Source: Squalus acanthias
Lineage: Eukaryota
NCBI GenBank assembly: GCA_030390025.1
Contig: CM059426.1
Coordinates: 99,386,001 to 99,450,000 of the forward strand
DNA: 64,000 nt
Direction: 5' to 3'
Both the position numbers and the translations under genes were made by a program. Shown one piece after another: positions 60,714 through 64,000 of the stretch; position 1 is the first letter of the stretch, and each line of letters begins with the position of its first letter. The notes under the pieces were generated by a model that was not told the origin of the DNA, searched no databases, and saw only the letters and a list, made by a program, of their open reading frames with translations.

Positions 60714-61669
60714 TTAGTTTAAAGCCCTCTCCACAGCCCTAGTTATTCGATTCGCCAGGACACTAGTCCCAGCACTGGCCAAGTGAAGTCCGTCCCAACG
60801 GAACAGCTCTCTCCTGCCCCAGTACTGGTGCCAGTGTCCCAAGAAGCAAAACCCATTTTTCCCACACCAGTCTTTGAGCCACGCATTCAACTCCCTGATT
60901 TTATTTACCCTAGCCAAATTTGCTCGTGGCTCAGGTAGTAATCCAGAGATTATTACCCTCGAGGTTCTGCTTTTTAATTTGGCCCCTAGCTGCTCAAACT
61001 CCCTCAGCAGAACCTCTTTCCTTGTCCTATCTATGTCATTGGTACCAACATGGACCACGACAACTGGATCCTCCCCCTCCCACTCCAAGTTTCTCTCCAG
61101 CCCAGAGGAGATGTCCTTAACCCTGGCACCGGGCAGGCAACACAGCCTTCGGGACTCTCGCTCTTGGCTGCAAAGAACCCTATCTATCCCCCTAATGATA
61201 CTATCCCCTACCACTACAACATTTCTTTTTACTCCCCCCACTTGAATGGCCCCCCTTACCACGGTGCTGTGGCCAGGTTGCTCATCCTCCCTGCAGTCCC
61301 CGCTCCTATCCACACAGGGAGTAAGAGCCTCGAACCTGTTGGACAAGAGCAAGGGCTGCGGCTCCTCCAACACTACCTCCTGGATCCCTGTACCTGCCTC
61401 ACTCGTAGTCACACCTTCCTGTCCCTGACCACGGGCTACTTCTGAATTAGTTACTCTAATTGGTGTGACTACCTCCTGAAACACGGAGTCCAGGTAACTC
61501 TCCCCCTCCCTGATGTGTCGCAGTGTTTGAAGCTCGGACTCCAGCTCATCAACACAGAGCCGGAGTTCCTCGAGCAGCCAACACTTACTGCAAATGTGTT
61601 CACCGTGAACATCAATGGTGTCCACCAGCTCCCACATTTGCAGCAGTAACACATCACCTGCTCTCCCAT
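60714..61669 (-). pseudogene. CR1 ORF1: zinc finger/coiled coil plus SGNH esterase, 1-nt frameshift at about 61638
   Basis: MGEQVMCYCC then, after the shift, MWELV...CSKC...LEEL; GDS, VHVGTND and DGLH esterase blocks. Confidence 0.92.
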
Positions 61670-61807
61670 TCTATGTAATTAATTAAACATTTATTATTTA
61701 CCCTTCAGTTAATTTATGCCAGCAGTCTCCGCTACACCACAGATACCCGAGAAACTATAAACTATGGAATTGAAGTTTTGTATAAAAAACAGAGAAATAC
61801 TCACCAA

Positions 61808-61839
61808 CCAATCACTTACCTGCTTCCTGGTGACGTCAC
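61808..61839. promoter_or_regulatory. CR1 5'UTR CRE palindrome and CCAAT box
   Basis: GTGACGTCAC at 61830-61839 and CCAATCA at 61808-61814. Confidence 0.5.
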
Positions 61840-61884
61840 ACTTCGATTTTATTTTACCTCTCTCCTGCTCTCGGCTTGGTGAAA

Positions 61885-62110
61885 GCCTACCTGGTCGCTG
61901 CCGCCTTTTACCGCCGCCGCCTCGCCGCTGTTGCTCCACCCAGGTCCGCCGCCTCTGTGGGCCTACCTGGTCGCTGCCGCCTTTTACCGCCGCCGCCTCG
62001 CCGCTGTTGCTCCACCCAGGTCCGCCGCCTCTGTGGGCCTACCTGGTCGCTGCCGCCTTTTACCGCCGCCGCCTCGCCGCTGTTGCTCCACCCAGGTCCG
62101 CCGCCTCTGT
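61885..62110 (-). repeat. Three 76-bp GC-rich tandem monomers at the CR1 5' end
   Basis: Units start at 61885, 61961 and 62037; they appear identical, with the last 2 bp short. Confidence 0.95.
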
Positions 62111-63559
62111 CCATGTACTATGACCTCTAATGGTGGCAACAACAGAGAAGGTGAAGGATCTGGCCAATTTTGTCTATCGGACACTCCCAATACACGGTGG
62201 GGTTGGGGGGGGCGGATTTTCCATCCACTGTAATTTCAGCAAAAGAGCCGCGGAAATGCCATTTATGCCATTTTTCTGGGGTTTCCACAGTTTTTCTGTG
62301 TGGGGCCAGGAGAAGCAGGAGAGCCAGATCATGAGGCCCTCTGATGCCCCCTCCCCATGACTTACCAGAGTTCCTTCAGCCCCCAGCAGCGGACTCCTGC
62401 CCCCTAGCTTTCCGCTCCCACCGACTGGCCAGCTGCAGCAGATCAACATTAAGGATGTCTTCAGGCTTATAACAAGATAAAATTTCAGGAATTTTATCAT
62501 GGCCCCAGTTGTTGATCCTTTCTGTAAAAACATAGCTTGTTTCCTTGTGTGGACCTGACCTTGATTGCATTCCAGTATTGGAAGCTGCTGATCCACAACG
62601 TAGAAACAGAATCAATTCCAAACTCTTCGGTGAATTCATTCACTTATTCCAGCAAGATGAGATCCGATATCTCGGGAAGGTTAGCTGCTCCAACCTGCTT
62701 GAATCAGCTCAGGATAGCTGAGATGTGCGTCCTCTTCCTTTGATGCAGAATTTTTTGGTGGTTATCAGCAATGGTTCTCTCCTTGTTTTTCTGGTAGGGG
62801 AAGAGAATAGTGGGATGGATGTTAACTTTCTGTGCCACAAATTTGTTCATTTCTCCAGGGTGCTTCTCCACATATGTGATGATCTTTTATTTTTCTTCAG
62901 CAATAAGGGTCTTGCACTACCCATGATGTCAAACTTCTCTCAAACTGCTGCTATCACTCAGGTGGGGGCAGGCTGCCAAATCCATGCATCGTATGTTGAT
63001 CACATAGTCAATTTGAATTGAACAGCAAATATCATTCCTTACAACCCATTTAAGGTGAACATTCAAGTTCAAATTAATCAATAATTCAAAGTAACAGGTT
63101 CGATTTAAGCAACAAATTTTCAATGTTTTTACAATAGGAAGTTTTTTTTGCATGATTTCTATTCAAATTAATAGAAAATTTGAATAAAGCAATTTTGAAT
63201 TAAGAGTTCACTGTAATAACCAATAACATTATTTTGAATAGAACCACAAATATAATCTCACAAGAGAAAATAGGATTTAATATCAGTCAATAAACCTGTG
63301 CATTCATCTGTTTCAAACTTCTCTTCAAACTTCTGACGTGTTGTCTCGCTTAACTGCACCTTTGATCTATTTGGATCTCCACTGATTGGATTATCAATTG
63401 TTAAAAAAATCCTACAGAACGCATTTTAATCGAATTGAATATATCTTATAAAATGGACTTTTAATATTGTAACAATTATGGCATACTGCAGGTTAAGAGC
63501 TCTTCAGATAAATACTTGTTAATTATTTCCTTACACAGCAGTATGTCTTATAATTATAG

Positions 63560-64000
63560 CATTAAAGAGGTCGCAGAGGATGTCAATGCCAGGAGCTATC
63601 TCCCAGGACAGGGCTACATTGTCGGAAAAAGTTCAATGGCCGCAACCAAATTGTCAAGGTAAGAATACTGCTCTCTGCTCACCTCCACTACCTCCAGCCT
63701 TACTATTCACGATACTACCCTCTTCTGCTTCCCTTCACTCTCCTACATTCATTGTACCACACTTCACTCTACCTCCACCTCCTTATGCTCACACACTCAT
63801 CACTATTGCAACCCTCATTTACTCACACATCACATCGTATAGACTGCATACCACCTATTCCACCATGACAAGCACATTCTCTAAACACCTCACAAGACCG
63901 TCACTAACACACTCCCTTCCTTCTTGCAGGAAAAGGTTGCACAGAGACTGCATCAGGTGCCTGCACCTGGAGAGGTTGAGCCCACTTGCACATCCTCTAC
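63560..64000 (+). mobile_element. Harbinger Myb/SANT relic (exon 1 end, intron, exon 2 start)
   Basis: tgtcggaaaaagttcaatg (CRKKFN), aag|gtaaga donor, cttcttgcag|gaaaaggttgcac (EKVA) acceptor. Confidence 0.75.

Larger units (their letters stand above)
57482..62110 (-). mobile_element. Full-length CR1 LINE (about 4.63 kb)
   Basis: 5'UTR tandem repeats, ORF1, ORF2, 3'UTR and (TTCTTATG)3 tail. Confidence 0.97.

Noticed and set aside
61636-61642. ORF1 N-terminal frameshift as programmed recoding
   Set aside because: No slippery motif; a 1-nt deletion or sequencing error is simpler.
61885-62110. Tandem repeats as a CRISPR array
   Set aside because: Head-to-tail identical units without spacers, at the 5' end of a eukaryotic LINE.
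57460-62125. TSD for the full-length CR1 (ccattgta vs ccatgta)
   Set aside because: Imperfect, and not adjacent to the 3' tail.

Overview
Vertebrate genomic DNA, most likely from a cartilaginous fish (inferred from the repeat content: CR1 LINEs with (TTCTTATG)n/(TTTCTATG)n tails, Deu-domain SacSINE1-like SINEs and many Harbinger derivatives). I can support no host protein-coding exon, so the window looks intronic or intergenic. Much of it is transposon-derived. The main elements are: a full-length CR1 LINE (57482-62110, minus; esterase ORF1 plus APE-RT ORF2, two single-base lesions) and a near-identical 5'-truncated inverted copy (25440-27998); another truncated CR1; an RTE LINE; a deleted Tx1/L1-like element; a deleted Gypsy element hosting nested LINEs; a 1.64 kb solo LTR; and a near-complete two-gene PIF/Harbinger transposon with many Myb-only relics and MITEs. 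The most interesting signals are: (1) a correctly phased U_UUA_AAC slippery heptamer at the CR1 ORF1 stop, whose -1 frame is open into ORF2 (candidate programmed -1 frameshift in a non-LTR element); (2) a branch point/polypyrimidine/CAG|GTAAG junction resembling a recursive splice site; (3) MITEs carrying an ETS/NRF1 promoter-like palindrome and a series of splice donors; (4) degenerate hammerhead ribozyme cores in Penelope-type palindromes. Coordinates were counted by eye, so boundaries of old elements are approximate.
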